Shown in pieces: positions 29,729 to 41,138 of a stretch of DNA of 64,000 nt. The position numbers were made by a program, and so were the translations under genes. The number at the start of each line of letters is the position of its first letter. Within the stretch, counting starts at the first letter, position 1. The notes below the pieces were generated by a model that was not told the DNA's origin, ran no database searches, and saw only the letters and a list, made by a program, of their open reading frames with translations. Source of the stretch: an uncultured Bacilli bacterium (GTDB lineage: Bacteria; Bacillota_I; Bacilli_A; RF39; UBA660); assembly GCA_934120265.1 (NCBI GenBank), contig CAKOTU010000002.1:40905-104904 (forward strand). The letters are read 5' to 3'.

Positions 29729-30982
29729 TTATTCTTCACTTAGTTCTATTTTAGCACCAACAGCAGTTAGTTTATTTATAATGTTATCATATCCTCTTAA
29801 TACATGTTCTACTTCTTTTACAACAGTTATTCCTTCCGCTGCAAGGCCTGCCAAAATAAGACAAGCACCTGCTCTTAAATCGGTTGCTATTACCTCTGTT
29901 CCTTTTAAACCTGTAGGACCTTGAATATATATTTTACGATCATTTATTTCTATTCTAGCACCCATACTATTTAAATACTTAACATTTTGAAATCTATTTT
30001 CATAAATTGTTTCTTCTAAAACAGATCTTCCATTACATTGAGTTAGTAATGTAGTTAAAGGTTGTTGTAAATCAGTAGGAAATCCAGGGTAACCTAAAGT
30101 TTTTACGTTCGTTCTTTTCATATTATCCGTTTTACTTATAATAGCATAGTCAGGTCCTATCTTAATTGGAACACCAATTTCTTTTAACTTTAAAGTCAAC
30201 GATTCAACATGTTCTGGAATAATATTTTCCACCTTTAAATTATTACCAGCTAAGGCTCCTGCTATAATATAAGTTCCAGCTTCAATTCTATCTGGAATGA
30301 CTTCAGAAAAGCAACCATTTAAATGATTAACACCAGTTATTCTTATTTCACTTGTTCCAGCACCAGTTATTTTAGCACCCATATTATTTAAAAATGTTGC
30401 AACATTAACAATCTCTGGTTCTTTTGCGGCATTTTCTATAATTGTTTTACCATTAGCTCTAACTGCCACTAACATAGTATTTATTGTTGCTCCAACACTA
30501 GGCATATCTAAATAAACATGTCCCCCATGTAAATTTTCTGCAGTTATCGTATATTTATTTCCCTCTTCTTTTACTGTAGCACCCAATTCTTTAAAACCTT
30601 TTAAAGTTTGATCGATTGGTCTAGCGCCTATAGAACATCCTCCTGGAAAATACATTTCTACTTTTTTATATTTACCTAAAAGAGCTGACATAAAATAATA
30701 AGATGCTCTTAATTTACTAGAAATCATTTCAGGAATTTCCTTGTTAACCAAATTAGTGGAATTTATTTTAATTAATCCTTCATTTCTTTCTACTTTTACT
30801 CCTAAAAATTCTAATATTTCTGATAAAGCATCTATATCTGATATATTAGGGACATTATCTATAGTAACAATTCCATCAGAAAGTAAAGATGCAGGAATAA
30901 GGGCTACTGCACTATTTTTAGCTCCACTGATTTTTATTGTTCCTTCTAGCAAATGCTTTCCTTCTATTTTTATCTGTTTCAT
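29729..30982 (-). CDS. murA: UDP-N-acetylglucosamine 1-carboxyvinyltransferase
   Basis: 417 aa. KISGAKNSAVALIPASLL, catalytic loop with Cys (GGCSIGARPID), EPSP-synthase fold motifs. Confidence 0.9.
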   Translation of the reverse strand: MKQIKIEGKHLLEGTIKISGAKNSAVALIPASLLSDGIVTIDNVPNISDIDALSEILEFLGVKVERNEGLIKINSTNLVNKEIPEMISSKLRASYYFMSALLGKYKKVEMYFPGGCSIGARPIDQTLKGFKELGATVKEEGNKYTITAENLHGGHVYLDMPSVGATINTMLVAVRANGKTIIENAAKEPEIVNVATFLNNMGAKITGAGTSEIRITGVNHLNGCFSEVIPDRIEAGTYIIAGALAGNNLKVENIIPEHVESLTLKLKEIGVPIKIGPDYAIISKTDNMKRTNVKTLGYPGFPTDLQQPLTTLLTQCNGRSVLEETIYENRFQNVKYLNSMGARIEINDRKIYIQGPTGLKGTEVIATDLRAGACLILAGLAAEGITVVKEVEHVLRGYDNIINKLTAVGAKIELSEE

Positions 30983-31113
30983 TTATAACCTCCACTACTA
31001 TCACTATATTTATATGTTTTTTTTTACTATTGGTGTTTGTATTATTAATACTTATCACACTTTAATTATATTATTTTTAGAAGGAAAAGGCAAGGAAAAC
31101 AAAAAAGAGCAAG

Positions 31114-31644
31114 TTAAAGTAAATATATTATTCCTATTGCTATTAAAACAAGGCCACCTATTATAGTAGATATTTTTCCTATCCACTGATTTATTTTTTT
31201 ACCAAGATTAAGACCAAGATACGTAAAAATATAACTGGTTACACTAAAAGTTAAAGCACATAATATTTTTTTATGAGATATTGCATTTAAACCAATACCT
31301 ATAGAAAAACTATCCATACTTACTGCTAAACCAAACAATAATAAATCTATGAATTTAGTTTTTTTTATGACAGTTTCATCTTTAATTGATTCAACAATCA
31401 TTTCTATTCCAACAAATGAAAGTACAATAAAAACTATAAAGTCAGGATTAAGCGGAATTATATTTAATAAAATACGACCTAAATAGTATCCAAATAAAGG
31501 CATAAAAAAATGATACAAGCCAACAATAAAAGATAGTTTTGATATTTCTTTTTTGGTAATTCCTAGTGTACCATAAGCTAGTGATAAAGAAAAAGCATCC
31601 ATGCTAAGACTTACTGCTATCATTAATATAATAAATATTTGCAT
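31114..31644 (-). CDS. mntP: Manganese efflux pump MntP
   Basis: 176 aa, 6 TM. Duplicated DUF204 signature (SMDAFSLSLAYG ... SMDSFSIGIGL). Confidence 0.8.
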   Translation of the reverse strand: MQIFIILMIAVSLSMDAFSLSLAYGTLGITKKEISKLSFIVGLYHFFMPLFGYYLGRILLNIIPLNPDFIVFIVLSFVGIEMIVESIKDETVIKKTKFIDLLLFGLAVSMDSFSIGIGLNAISHKKILCALTFSVTSYIFTYLGLNLGKKINQWIGKISTIIGGLVLIAIGIIYLL

Positions 31645-31719
31645 GAAAAAAACCTCCTATAACATTTTATTACAGGAAGTCTTAATTATACATTACGCTA
31701 AGCAACTTAATACTACTAA

Positions 31720-32298
31720 TTATATATACTTATCAACAATTTCCTTTAAAAAAGATTTATATTCTACGTCTGTACTTTCCTCTGCTTCTAACATACATAA
31801 AGGAGGAAATAAAACACACCACCAATTATTTCCTTTTCCTTCACCAATAGTAATAACTAAAGACTCGTAATATCCTTCATCATAAGTTATTCCCTTGAAT
31901 TCCTTTTCCGGAAAGTAATTTAATCCAAAATTAACCACGTAATTAAGTTTATAATTATTTCTATTAAATACATTGGTCACTTTATTGCTTATGTTATCTA
32001 AATTAGTAGAAATAATAGCTCTAGATTCATCAATATTATCAACGTTTTGTAAAATAGAAGCCATATATGATTCTACTTCATCTTTTACTTTATATTTTAC
32101 ATCTTGATCTTGTGTGCTATTGCTATTGGCTATTACTCTAAATCTAATTGCTTCATCTGGTATCTTTATTATTTCCTCACTTGCCACTCCAATTATATAA
32201 TAAATTAAAAATATTGTTATTAAAATAAATATTGTTTTTTTCATAAAAAGATTGTCCTTTCTATTTAATAGTGGACAATCTTTTTGATATTTATTCAA
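31720..32298 (-). CDS. spoIIR: Stage II sporulation protein R
   Basis: Signal/TM N-terminus and the SpoIIR hallmark C-terminal motif NWWCVLFPPLC. 192 aa. Confidence 0.8.
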   Translation of the reverse strand: MNKYQKDCPLLNRKDNLFMKKTIFILITIFLIYYIIGVASEEIIKIPDEAIRFRVIANSNSTQDQDVKYKVKDEVESYMASILQNVDNIDESRAIISTNLDNISNKVTNVFNRNNYKLNYVVNFGLNYFPEKEFKGITYDEGYYESLVITIGEGKGNNWWCVLFPPLCMLEAEESTDVEYKSFLKEIVDKYI

Positions 32299-32754
32299 TT
32301 ATTTATGATAAGATTCATTATTCATTATTTTATAAGCTCTATAAATTTGCTCTAAAAGGATTATTCTAAATAATTGATGAGGAAATGTTAATTTAGAAAA
32401 TGATAATTTAAAATCAGCTCTATCTTTTATTTGTTGATGTAATCCATAAGAACCTCCAATTATAAAAACAATATTTGAATTATAAATTTGAAGTCCTTCT
32501 ATCTTTTTAGCTAGTTCTAGTGAATCCAATTGTTTACCTTCTATTTCAAGCGTAATAACATAATCTTTAGATGTTATATGTTTTATAAGTAATTCTTTTT
32601 CTTTATCTAAAATTATATTTATATTATCACTATTGATATCATCTACTTCAATTATTTGAAGACTTGTATATTTTGACAGTCTTTTACTATATTCAGAAAT
32701 AGCATCTTTAAAAAAAGGTTCTTTTATTTTCCCAACACATAATATCTTTATCAT
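32299..32754 (-). CDS. rlmH: 23S rRNA (pseudouridine1915-N3)-methyltransferase RlmH (SPOUT)
   Basis: MIKILCVGKIKE..., IGGSYGL, SPOUT knot motifs. ~155-aa family size. Confidence 0.85.
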   Translation of the reverse strand: MIKILCVGKIKEPFFKDAISEYSKRLSKYTSLQIIEVDDINSDNINIILDKEKELLIKHITSKDYVITLEIEGKQLDSLELAKKIEGLQIYNSNIVFIIGGSYGLHQQIKDRADFKLSFSKLTFPHQLFRIILLEQIYRAYKIMNNESYHK

Positions 32755-33530
32755 ACTTCTACCAACTCAGTTCTCTCTTTTTGTTCTGCAACAATTATGT
32801 TATCACATTTTTTATTATTTGTTTGTAAAGTTTTTTTCAATTTTTCTAATGCTAAAGCTGGAGTATTATTATGTTCACTTAAATGGGCTAAAATAATATA
32901 TTTTGTATTTTCACTAATAAATTTTGATAAGTAATAAGAACAATCCTTATTAGATAAATGTCCTTTATCTCCAAGTATTCTTTGTTTAAGATGATAAGGA
33001 TATTTAGGATTATTCATAAGCATATCTATATCATGATTACTTTCTAATATGTACATATTCTTATTGGATAATTTTTGATGATTTTTTGCATTTATATATC
33101 CAGTATCTGTAATATAAACTAGACTATGACCATTTTCTTCAAAAATATATCCCATCGAATCGTCTGCGTCATGCGAAGTTTTTATGGCAGTTATCTTTAA
33201 ATCATCTATTATTAATTCCTTATCTATAATTACGTAGTTGTCTGACCAAACAATATTTCTTAATTCTTGATACATCTTCTCACTTACATATATTATAGGA
33301 TTATATTTTTTCACAAACACTTTTAAACCATTTATATGGTCAGCATGAGTATGTGTTATAAATACAGCATCTATGTCTTCTCCTGTTTTCCCAATAGTAT
33401 TTAATTCTTTATCTATATATGCGCACGTCATTCCTGCATCTATTAGAAAAGAATTGCTTTTTGTTTCAACAAAACAACAATTCCCTTTGCTTCCACTTGC
33501 TAATAAACTAACTTTCATGTTTACTATCAC
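32751..33530 (-). CDS. MBL-fold metallo-hydrolase (WalJ/YycJ-like)
   Basis: HTHADH metal-binding motif, further DTGY/H ligands. Position upstream of rlmH matches Bacillus yycJ-rlmH. Confidence 0.75.
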   Translation of the reverse strand: MIVNMKVSLLASGSKGNCCFVETKSNSFLIDAGMTCAYIDKELNTIGKTGEDIDAVFITHTHADHINGLKVFVKKYNPIIYVSEKMYQELRNIVWSDNYVIIDKELIIDDLKITAIKTSHDADDSMGYIFEENGHSLVYITDTGYINAKNHQKLSNKNMYILESNHDIDMLMNNPKYPYHLKQRILGDKGHLSNKDCSYYLSKFISENTKYIILAHLSEHNNTPALALEKLKKTLQTNNKKCDNIIVAEQKERTELVEV

Positions 33531-34860
33531 TCTTTAACATACTTACAAATGTACTAGTATTACGTTTGAAAATTAAATCTATTGTTGCGGTTGGGCCATT
33601 ACGATGTTTAGCTATAATAAATTCACTTTTACTTGTATTTTCATCAATTGATACTTCTTTTGTATAATAATCATCACGATATAAGAATGCAACTATATCG
33701 GCATCTTGTTCTATTGATCCTGATTCTCTTAAATCGCTTAGTAGAGGACGTTTATCTTCTCTTCCTTCAACAGTACGAGATAACTGAGCTAACGCTACTA
33801 CTGGTATTTCTAATTCCATAGCTAGTGTCTTTAAAGAACGAGATATTTCAGATACTTCTTGTTGTCTATTTCCTGCATATTTTGCAGAACCTGTGATTAA
33901 TTGTAAGTAGTCGATAATTACTACTCCTAATCCACCTTCAGAACTTGCTAAACGGCGACATTTAGCTCTTATTTCACCTATTGTCATACCAGGAGTATCA
34001 TCAATAAATATTTTTGTCTCGGCAAGACGGCTTATAGCTTCATTAACTCGTTTCCAATCATCATGTTCAAGTCTTCCATTTTTTAATTTATAACCATCAA
34101 TTTGACCTGCAGAAGAAAGCATGCGCATTGCTAGTTGTTCAGCACCCATTTCCATGTTAAAAAGGGCGACTGGTTTCTTATTTTGAATAGCTATATTAGT
34201 AGCTAAATTAACAGCAAAAGCTGTTTTTCCCATAGCTGGACGAGCTGCTATAATTATTAATTCATTTCCATGTAATCCAGAAGTTATTTTATCCAAATCA
34301 TAAAATCCTGTTACTAATCCAGTAATTTCGTTTTTTGTTTGAGCTAGTTTTTCTAAATCAGCTTGGGTCTTAAATAATACATCTTGGATACTTCTAAACT
34401 CTGTTCCTTTTCGTGTCTTTACGACATTAAGTATCTTTTTCTCTGCATTATCAAGGATATCATTAACATCCTCTGCTTGATTATAGCCACTACTTACAAT
34501 ATCTGTAGCTTCATTAATTAATCTTCTTAAAACAGCTTTTTCTTCAACAATTTTGATATACTCATCAATATTAGCAGCACTTGGTACAATATTTACTATT
34601 TCAGCTACATATTCAACATCTCCTACTTGTTTTAGCCATTTTCTATTATCCAATTCGGCTGTTACTGTTGTTAAATCTATACTTGTACCTTTTTCTGTTA
34701 GAAAATCAATAACTTCAAATATTTTAGCATTACTATCAGAATAAAATGATTCTTTTGTTAAAGATTCCAAAGCCTTTTGCAATGCATATTTTGATAAAAA
34801 CATTGATCCTAGTACAGATTGTTCTGCTTCTAAATTATGCGGCATATTTCTTTCTTGCAT
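33508..34860 (-). CDS. dnaB: Replicative DNA helicase (DnaB family; DnaC in Bacillus nomenclature)
   Basis: MPHNLEAEQSVLGSM N-terminus, Walker A ARPAMGKTAF, RecA-like C-terminal domain (IIDYLQLI, SQLSR). Confidence 0.9.
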   Translation of the reverse strand: MQERNMPHNLEAEQSVLGSMFLSKYALQKALESLTKESFYSDSNAKIFEVIDFLTEKGTSIDLTTVTAELDNRKWLKQVGDVEYVAEIVNIVPSAANIDEYIKIVEEKAVLRRLINEATDIVSSGYNQAEDVNDILDNAEKKILNVVKTRKGTEFRSIQDVLFKTQADLEKLAQTKNEITGLVTGFYDLDKITSGLHGNELIIIAARPAMGKTAFAVNLATNIAIQNKKPVALFNMEMGAEQLAMRMLSSAGQIDGYKLKNGRLEHDDWKRVNEAISRLAETKIFIDDTPGMTIGEIRAKCRRLASSEGGLGVVIIDYLQLITGSAKYAGNRQQEVSEISRSLKTLAMELEIPVVALAQLSRTVEGREDKRPLLSDLRESGSIEQDADIVAFLYRDDYYTKEVSIDENTSKSEFIIAKHRNGPTATIDLIFKRNTSTFVSMLKSDSKHES

Positions 34861-34868
34861 AATATCAC

Positions 34869-35309
34869 CTACTTCGTTAATTCTACTTTTATTTGTGCAA
34901 CTACCTCTTTATGTAATTCTATTTGTACATTATGAAATCCTAAAGAAGTTAAAGGGCTGTCTAATTTTATTTTTTTCTTGTCTATATCAAACCCTTGTTT
35001 TTTTAACTCTTCAGAAATTGATTTAGTACTTACACTACCAAAAACACGATCACCCGTTCCTGTTTTCACTTTAAATTTAAATTTTGCTTTTTCTAATTTT
35101 TGTTTTATTGCTTCACAATTTTTTATATTTAAATTTTCCTCTAAACGTTTTTCCTCGTTTTCAGCATTTAATCTTTTAACACCCGTCTGGGTTGCTAAAA
35201 CAGCATATCCATTCTTTATCAAGAAGTTTTTTCCATATCCATCTGCGACTTCTTTTATTTCACCTTTTTTACCTTGTTTTTTTACATCTTTAAGAAATAT
35301 AACTTTCAT
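34869..35309 (-). CDS. rplI: 50S ribosomal protein L9
   Basis: [31 protein letters not shown] is the canonical L9 N-domain. 146 aa. Confidence 0.9.
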   Translation of the reverse strand: MKVIFLKDVKKQGKKGEIKEVADGYGKNFLIKNGYAVLATQTGVKRLNAENEEKRLEENLNIKNCEAIKQKLEKAKFKFKVKTGTGDRVFGSVSTKSISEELKKQGFDIDKKKIKLDSPLTSLGFHNVQIELHKEVVAQIKVELTK

Positions 35310-35381
35310 ATATACCTCCTCTTAATTACATTTATTATACTATAAAATAAGTAAATTGTCGTTAAAAATAAGAAAAGAACG

Positions 35382-36311
35382 CTATTTTTCGTTCTTTCTT
35401 ATTTTCTCAGCTAATAATTTTATTTTTTTCATACGATGATTTACGCCTGATTTAGTTAGTGGTTTACCTGTTTCTAAAGATATTATTTCACTCAACTCTA
35501 GTAGTGATGCATCGGGATATTTAAGGCGATACTTTGCTACTATTTGTTCTTTTTCATCAAGTAAATCTAAACTTCCTATATCCATTATTGTTTTTATATC
35601 ATTTATTTGACTATTTGCAACACTAATGATCTTGTCAACATTTGCTTGTTCACAGTTATTTAATCTGTTAGTCATATTTTTATGATCACGATATATTCTT
35701 ATGTCTTCATAATACAGTAAACTTTTAGTAGCGTTTATAAGTCTTAGAAAATCACCTATTTTTTCGGCTTCTTTTATATAAACCATATATTTTGTTTCTC
35801 TTTTTATAGTTTTACTATTTAAATTAAATTTATTTAATAAATTTTTTAAAAACTCCGAATATTCTTTATTATTTACTAGAAACTCTAGATGATACCTTGA
35901 TTTTTTAGGATCGTTTATACTTCCGGTTATTAAAAATACTCCTGTCAGATACTTTCTTAATAAAGAATCATCATCAATAATATAATCTTCAGGAATCGAT
36001 AATATCTTGTTATTTTTTTCTATACCCAAATCTGATAATATATCATCAAATTTATTATATATTTCAAGTATATATATATAATTTTTTTTATAATTATAAC
36101 CGCGTCTAACTATGACTTTTGGAGTAACTTGATATATATCTTTTACCAATGAAAAAATATATCTAATAACAGAATTATTTTCAGAAATAATTCTAATGCA
36201 ATTCTCTGTAATAATAGAATTGTGGATAATAGCAGATAATTCGGATATTTTTTCTGTTTCAAGCGTTTCTAACCCGATTATCTCTTGTTTTACTTCTTGT
36301 GTAAAAGACAT
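35382..36311 (-). CDS. whiA: Sporulation/cell-division regulator WhiA
   Basis: LAGLIDADG-like N-terminal domains plus a C-terminal HTH (LLELSEIISLETGKPLTKSGVNHRMKKI). Confidence 0.85.
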   Translation of the reverse strand: MSFTQEVKQEIIGLETLETEKISELSAIIHNSIITENCIRIISENNSVIRYIFSLVKDIYQVTPKVIVRRGYNYKKNYIYILEIYNKFDDILSDLGIEKNNKILSIPEDYIIDDDSLLRKYLTGVFLITGSINDPKKSRYHLEFLVNNKEYSEFLKNLLNKFNLNSKTIKRETKYMVYIKEAEKIGDFLRLINATKSLLYYEDIRIYRDHKNMTNRLNNCEQANVDKIISVANSQINDIKTIMDIGSLDLLDEKEQIVAKYRLKYPDASLLELSEIISLETGKPLTKSGVNHRMKKIKLLAEKIRKNEK

Positions 36312-36324
36312 ATGTTACCCTCCT

Positions 36325-37227
36325 TTATAATAAGTATTTTTTTACTGAATTAGCAGCAATTGCACCATCACTTGCTGCCGTTATAATTTGATATAAATCT
36401 TTTTTTATTATATCACCACAAGCAAAAATTCCTTTTATATTCGTTTCCATATGATTATTAACAATAATATATTCATTTTCTGTTTCTAAATTCAGATTTC
36501 TTAAAAAGCTAATATCTGGAATACTACCTATAGCAATAAATAAGCCAGCTACGTTTAATTGTCTATTATCATTTAGAATTATTCCTGATAATGTTTGGTT
36601 GTTTTCTAATAGTGTAGTGACAACACTATCAGTAATAATAGTAATGTTTTCTTTATTTTTTACTTTTTCTAATAATATATTGTCTGCTTTAGGAAAACGG
36701 TTAGTTCTATTAATTAAGTAAACTTTGGAACAAATATTACTAAGGTATAAAGCTTCTTCCATAGCGGTATTTCCTGCACCTACAATAGCAACATCTCTAT
36801 TTTTATAAAAATTACCATCACAAGTTGCACAATAACTTACACCATGACCTGTTAGCTCGCTTTCAAATGGCAAACCTAATTTTCTCTCTGTTTTACCAGT
36901 CGCTACTACTATTGCTTTAGCCTTGTATGTTTCTTTTTCTGTTATTACTTCTTTCATTTCATCTTTTTCTTTAATATCTAGCACATTCCTATAAATAATT
37001 GGAACATCTAAGGATTTTAATTGGCTTTCAATTGTTAAAGAAAAGGTTGGACCGTCTATTTTTTGAAAGCCTGGATAATTTTCAATTATGTTAGTTTTAT
37101 TAATTTGTCCTCCAACATAATTTTTTTCTATTATAGCAACATCTATGCCTGCTCTTTTTAAATAAAGGGCTGAAGTCATTCCTGCTACTCCAGCTCCTAT
37201 AATAATACAATCAAAATCTAATTTCAT
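36325..37227 (-). CDS. trxB: Thioredoxin-disulfide reductase
   Basis: FAD GxGxxG (IIGAGVAGMTSA), redox-active CATC, NADPH-binding GAGNTAMEEA. Confidence 0.85.
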   Translation of the reverse strand: MKLDFDCIIIGAGVAGMTSALYLKRAGIDVAIIEKNYVGGQINKTNIIENYPGFQKIDGPTFSLTIESQLKSLDVPIIYRNVLDIKEKDEMKEVITEKETYKAKAIVVATGKTERKLGLPFESELTGHGVSYCATCDGNFYKNRDVAIVGAGNTAMEEALYLSNICSKVYLINRTNRFPKADNILLEKVKNKENITIITDSVVTTLLENNQTLSGIILNDNRQLNVAGLFIAIGSIPDISFLRNLNLETENEYIIVNNHMETNIKGIFACGDIIKKDLYQIITAASDGAIAANSVKKYLL

Positions 37228-38026
37228 TTATATCACCTGTTTTATTATATTGATTTTCTAACTTCGACCCTTTTCCTTTTACAATAAAGATTATAATTCC
37301 TATTAAAATCATAATAATTGAAACAATTTGAGCCTGCCTTAAAGTTCCTAGCATTAAGCTATCTGTTCTCATTCCTTCAATTATAAATCTTCCTATGCCA
37401 TACCATATTAAATATATAGCGGTTGGCTGACCTATTTTAATATATTTTATTCTTCTTACTATCAATAAAATTATGAATCCTACAAAACACCATATTGATT
37501 CATATAAGAATGTTGGTAAGTAGTAGTTACCATCAATGTATATACCATTAATAATAAACTCTGGCAAATGTAGTTGCTGCAAGTGTTCTAACGTTGTAAT
37601 TCCACCATGAGCTTCTCCATTAAAGAAATTTCCCCATCTGCCAATTGCTTGACCTATTATTAAACCAACTACTATCATATCTAAAATTCGATATGTATTT
37701 ACTTTATATTTTTTAGTGTAGAAAATAACCCATAAAAGACCAAATAGCATTCCACCATGAATTGCTAAACCGCCTTCCCAAATCATCAATATTTCTGATA
37801 GATGTGTTGAGTAATATGCCCAGTTAAATGCGACATAATAAAGACGTGCACCTAATATTGATATAGGTACAGCAAAGAAAAATAAGTTAATAATAAAATC
37901 TTCAGATATACCAAATCTTTTTGACTCATTTAATATTAACCATCCGCCTATTAATAGCCCTAAAAGGATCATTACTGAATACCAGTAAATTTTTACAATT
38001 CCTAAATCTAATAATATTGGATTCAT
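37211..38026 (-). CDS. lgt: Prolipoprotein diacylglyceryl transferase
   Basis: Lgt signature (GARLYYV, GGLAIHGG, NFFNGEAHGG). Start overlaps the trxB end. Confidence 0.85.
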   Translation of the reverse strand: MNPILLDLGIVKIYWYSVMILLGLLIGGWLILNESKRFGISEDFIINLFFFAVPISILGARLYYVAFNWAYYSTHLSEILMIWEGGLAIHGGMLFGLLWVIFYTKKYKVNTYRILDMIVVGLIIGQAIGRWGNFFNGEAHGGITTLEHLQQLHLPEFIINGIYIDGNYYLPTFLYESIWCFVGFIILLIVRRIKYIKIGQPTAIYLIWYGIGRFIIEGMRTDSLMLGTLRQAQIVSIIMILIGIIIFIVKGKGSKLENQYNKTGDINEIRF

Positions 38027-38029
38027 AAA

Positions 38030-38452
38030 TTACCTCTTTCTAAGTATATTTTCTACTACTGAGTCTATAAAAATATTCATAATTGATATAAATATGGCTA
38101 CTATAAAACTCATAAGTAAACCACCCATATTGAAATGAGATCCTAATATAAATGAAACTATATTAAGAATTAAAACATTTACAAATGGATAAAATAGTCC
38201 TAACGTTACACTTGTTATTGGTAATGTTAATAATACTAATAAAGGTTTGACTGTTTCATTTAACAAAGATGTTATAATAGCTGCTAAAAGAGCCCATAAG
38301 CCAAACATAGAATTATCTATTTGAACTGTTTTTGGAAATATTATCGATGCAATTATAAGCACAATAGCGTACCCAATCATATGAGCTAACCAATCTATAA
38401 AGTAATTACGTTTTTTATTTTTACTATCTTCTTCTATAACTGTTATTTTCAT
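38030..38452 (-). CDS. DUF360 / YvlD-like small membrane protein (holin superfamily IV fold)
   Basis: 140 aa, 3-4 TM. Pattern GYAIVLIIASIIFP...LWALLAAIITSLLN typical of YvlD/phage_holin_4_2. Confidence 0.6.
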   Translation of the reverse strand: MKITVIEEDSKNKKRNYFIDWLAHMIGYAIVLIIASIIFPKTVQIDNSMFGLWALLAAIITSLLNETVKPLLVLLTLPITSVTLGLFYPFVNVLILNIVSFILGSHFNMGGLLMSFIVAIFISIMNIFIDSVVENILRKR

Positions 38453-38505
38453 TCTATCACCACTATCATTATACCACGTATATTAGTAAATATAAATTAT
38501 TAGTT

Positions 38506-40458
38506 TTATTTATTACTTTGTAGTTCAAAAAGTATATCTCTTAATTCCATAGCTCTTTCAAAATCTAGATTTGCAGCAGCTTCTCTCATTTGAACTTCTA
38601 ATTCATTCATTAAATTCATTTTTTCTTTAGGACTCATCTTTTTATTTTCTTCTTTTTTTGTCTCTGCTGTATTACTAATTACATCTCTTATTTCTTTATT
38701 TATTGTCTTTGGAATAATATTATGTTCTTTATTATATTTTTCTTGAATTGAACGTCTTCTTTCAGTTTCTTTAATTGCTACTTTCATTGAATCACTAATC
38801 TCATCAGCATACATGATTACATGACCATTAGCATTACGTGCAGCTCTTCCAATTGTTTGAATTAAACTTCTATCACTACGTAAGAATCCTTGCTTATCAG
38901 CATCCATTATTGCTACTAAACTTACCTCTGGAATATCTAGTCCTTCTCTAAGCAAGTTAATACCTACTAAAACATCATATTTACCACATCTTAAATCATG
39001 AATTATTTGTAATCTCTCTAATGTTTTAATTTCACTATGTAAATAAGCCACTTTTATATCTAAGCTTTTTAAATAATTAGTTAATTCTTCAGCCATTCTT
39101 ATAGTCAGTGTTGTAATTAAAGTTCTAAATCCTTGTTTTCTTTCTTTGTGTATTTGTTCCACTAAATCATCTATTTGATTTTTTGTTGGTTTTACCTCTA
39201 TTTCTGGATCTAATAATCCTGTTGGACGAATAATTTGTTCTACTACTTTATTATCAACTTTTTCTAATTCATATTCTCCTGGGGTTGCGGAAATATAAAT
39301 AGCTTGATCTAATTTTTTTTCAAATTCATCAAATTTTAATGGTCTATTATCTAGTGCGCTTGGTAATCTAAATCCATAGTCGACCAAGACTTGTTTTCTT
39401 GCTCTATCACCGTTATACATTCCTCTAATTTGTGGGATTGTAACGTGAGATTCATCTACAACGAGAAGATAATCATCACCAAAGAAGTCCATTAGTGTTA
39501 CCGGGGTTGAGCCTGCTTCTTTTAAAGCAAGATGTCTAGAATAATTTTCTACCCCACGGCAAAATCCTGTTTCTCCTAACATTTCTATATCATAATTAAT
39601 TCTTTCTTTCAAACGTTGATATTCTAATAATTTATTATTTTTTAAAAAGTAGTCAAGCCTGTCATTTAATTCTTCTTTTATGTTTTCAAGAGCTTTAACT
39701 AACTTTTCTTCGCTTGTAACAAAGTGGCTAGCGGGAAATAAAGTACAATTCTTTTTACTTTTAATAACTGCTCCTGTTAAGGTATCAAATTCAGAAATGC
39801 TCTCTATTTCATCTCCAAAAAAATCTACTCTTATTGCTCTTCCGTGTTGTCCTATAGGAACTATTTCTAAAATATCGCCTCTAACTCTAAAACTACCTCT
39901 TTTTAAATCTAAGTTATTTCTTTCATATAGCATTTCTACTAACTTTTCTAGCACCTCGTCACGATTTACTTCTTGACCTACAGTTAGTGTTAAAGTTTTA
40001 TTTCTATACTCTTCTATTTCACCAATTCCATAAATGCAAGATACAGACGCAACTACAATGACATCTCTATTATTTAATAAAGCAGCTGTGGTTGCATGTC
40101 TAAGCTCATCTATTTCATCATTGATTGAAGCATCTTTTTCAATATATGTATCTGTTTTAGCAACATATGCTTCTGGTTGATAATAATCGTAATAAGATAC
40201 AAAATACTCAACATGATTATTGGGAAATAATTCTTTAAATTCCGCATAAAGTTGTCCTGCTAAAGTTTTATTATGCGCTAAAACTAAAGTGGGCTTGTTA
40301 ACTTCTTTTATTACATTTGCTATAGTAAATGTTTTTCCGGTTCCAGTTGCTCCTAATAAAACCTGACTTTTTTTACCTTCATTTATTCCAGATACTAGTT
40401 CTTTTATAGCCTCTGGTTGGTCACCACTCGGGCTATATTTACTTACTAAATCAAACAT
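38506..40458 (-). CDS. uvrB: Excinuclease ABC subunit B
   Basis: GDQPEAI, Walker [11 protein letters not shown], beta-hairpin, DESH box, C-terminal UVR domain ([17 protein letters not shown]). Confidence 0.95.
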   Translation of the reverse strand: MFDLVSKYSPSGDQPEAIKELVSGINEGKKSQVLLGATGTGKTFTIANVIKEVNKPTLVLAHNKTLAGQLYAEFKELFPNNHVEYFVSYYDYYQPEAYVAKTDTYIEKDASINDEIDELRHATTAALLNNRDVIVVASVSCIYGIGEIEEYRNKTLTLTVGQEVNRDEVLEKLVEMLYERNNLDLKRGSFRVRGDILEIVPIGQHGRAIRVDFFGDEIESISEFDTLTGAVIKSKKNCTLFPASHFVTSEEKLVKALENIKEELNDRLDYFLKNNKLLEYQRLKERINYDIEMLGETGFCRGVENYSRHLALKEAGSTPVTLMDFFGDDYLLVVDESHVTIPQIRGMYNGDRARKQVLVDYGFRLPSALDNRPLKFDEFEKKLDQAIYISATPGEYELEKVDNKVVEQIIRPTGLLDPEIEVKPTKNQIDDLVEQIHKERKQGFRTLITTLTIRMAEELTNYLKSLDIKVAYLHSEIKTLERLQIIHDLRCGKYDVLVGINLLREGLDIPEVSLVAIMDADKQGFLRSDRSLIQTIGRAARNANGHVIMYADEISDSMKVAIKETERRRSIQEKYNKEHNIIPKTINKEIRDVISNTAETKKEENKKMSPKEKMNLMNELEVQMREAAANLDFERAMELRDILFELQSNK

Positions 40459-40471
40459 ATTATCACCTCTG

Positions 40472-41011
40472 TCATTTTACGTGTTTGTTATATACCTCTT
40501 TTAAAAACTTTTTATTTATTGTTTTATCTAAACCATTAATTATCAACGAATTATATACTTCAATTAAAACTTCTTTGATTGAATCATTCATCCATTCAAG
40601 ATCTGTTCTTTTTTCAAAATACTTCAAGCAATCGGAAGGAACCCAATCTTTACTATGATAAGTCATTCCTGCAGCTATATTATCACAAATCATTTCTACA
40701 GTATATTTATATGGAATCACTGGAGTTTTTTCTTTGGCATTAATATCAATCCAATATTCAAAATGATGCTTATTTCTTCCTTTATGATGAAGCCAAGCTT
40801 TAGAATAACCATGTTCTTTTTTGCAAACTTTTATTGGGCTTATTTTTCCATCAAAATATTTTACTCCCTCCCAAAATTCGGTAGGACTATACTTAGATAG
40901 ATCATGAATCAATCCCCTAAAAGGAATACCTGCTTTACAACATAATTTAAAAACCTTATATCTATGTTTATTAACAACATTTAAATGTTTAAAAAAATTA
41001 ATTATCATCAT
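40472..41011 (-). CDS. Hypothetical protein with HD-like motif (H...HD....K)
   Basis: 179 aa. NKHRY...LIHDLSKY then WLHH/HHFEY clusters suggest a metal-dependent phosphohydrolase-like fold. No firm family. Confidence 0.4.
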   Translation of the reverse strand: MMIINFFKHLNVVNKHRYKVFKLCCKAGIPFRGLIHDLSKYSPTEFWEGVKYFDGKISPIKVCKKEHGYSKAWLHHKGRNKHHFEYWIDINAKEKTPVIPYKYTVEMICDNIAAGMTYHSKDWVPSDCLKYFEKRTDLEWMNDSIKEVLIEVYNSLIINGLDKTINKKFLKEVYNKHVK

Positions 41012-41138
41012 AAAATTTCTCCTTTTAATATTCCAAAATATTTATAACATATATTTTAAAAGTTGACAACAAATTTCAAGTATATCTTTATTTTTCTCTT
41101 AGAATTATCAGTCAAAAAAAGAAACCGTTACGTTTCTT

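Noticed and set aside
31645-31719. yybP-ykoY Mn riboswitch upstream of mntP
   Set aside because: Only 75 nt separate mntP from the spoIIR stop, too short for the ~110-nt riboswitch. No GGGGAGUAG-type conserved core visible.
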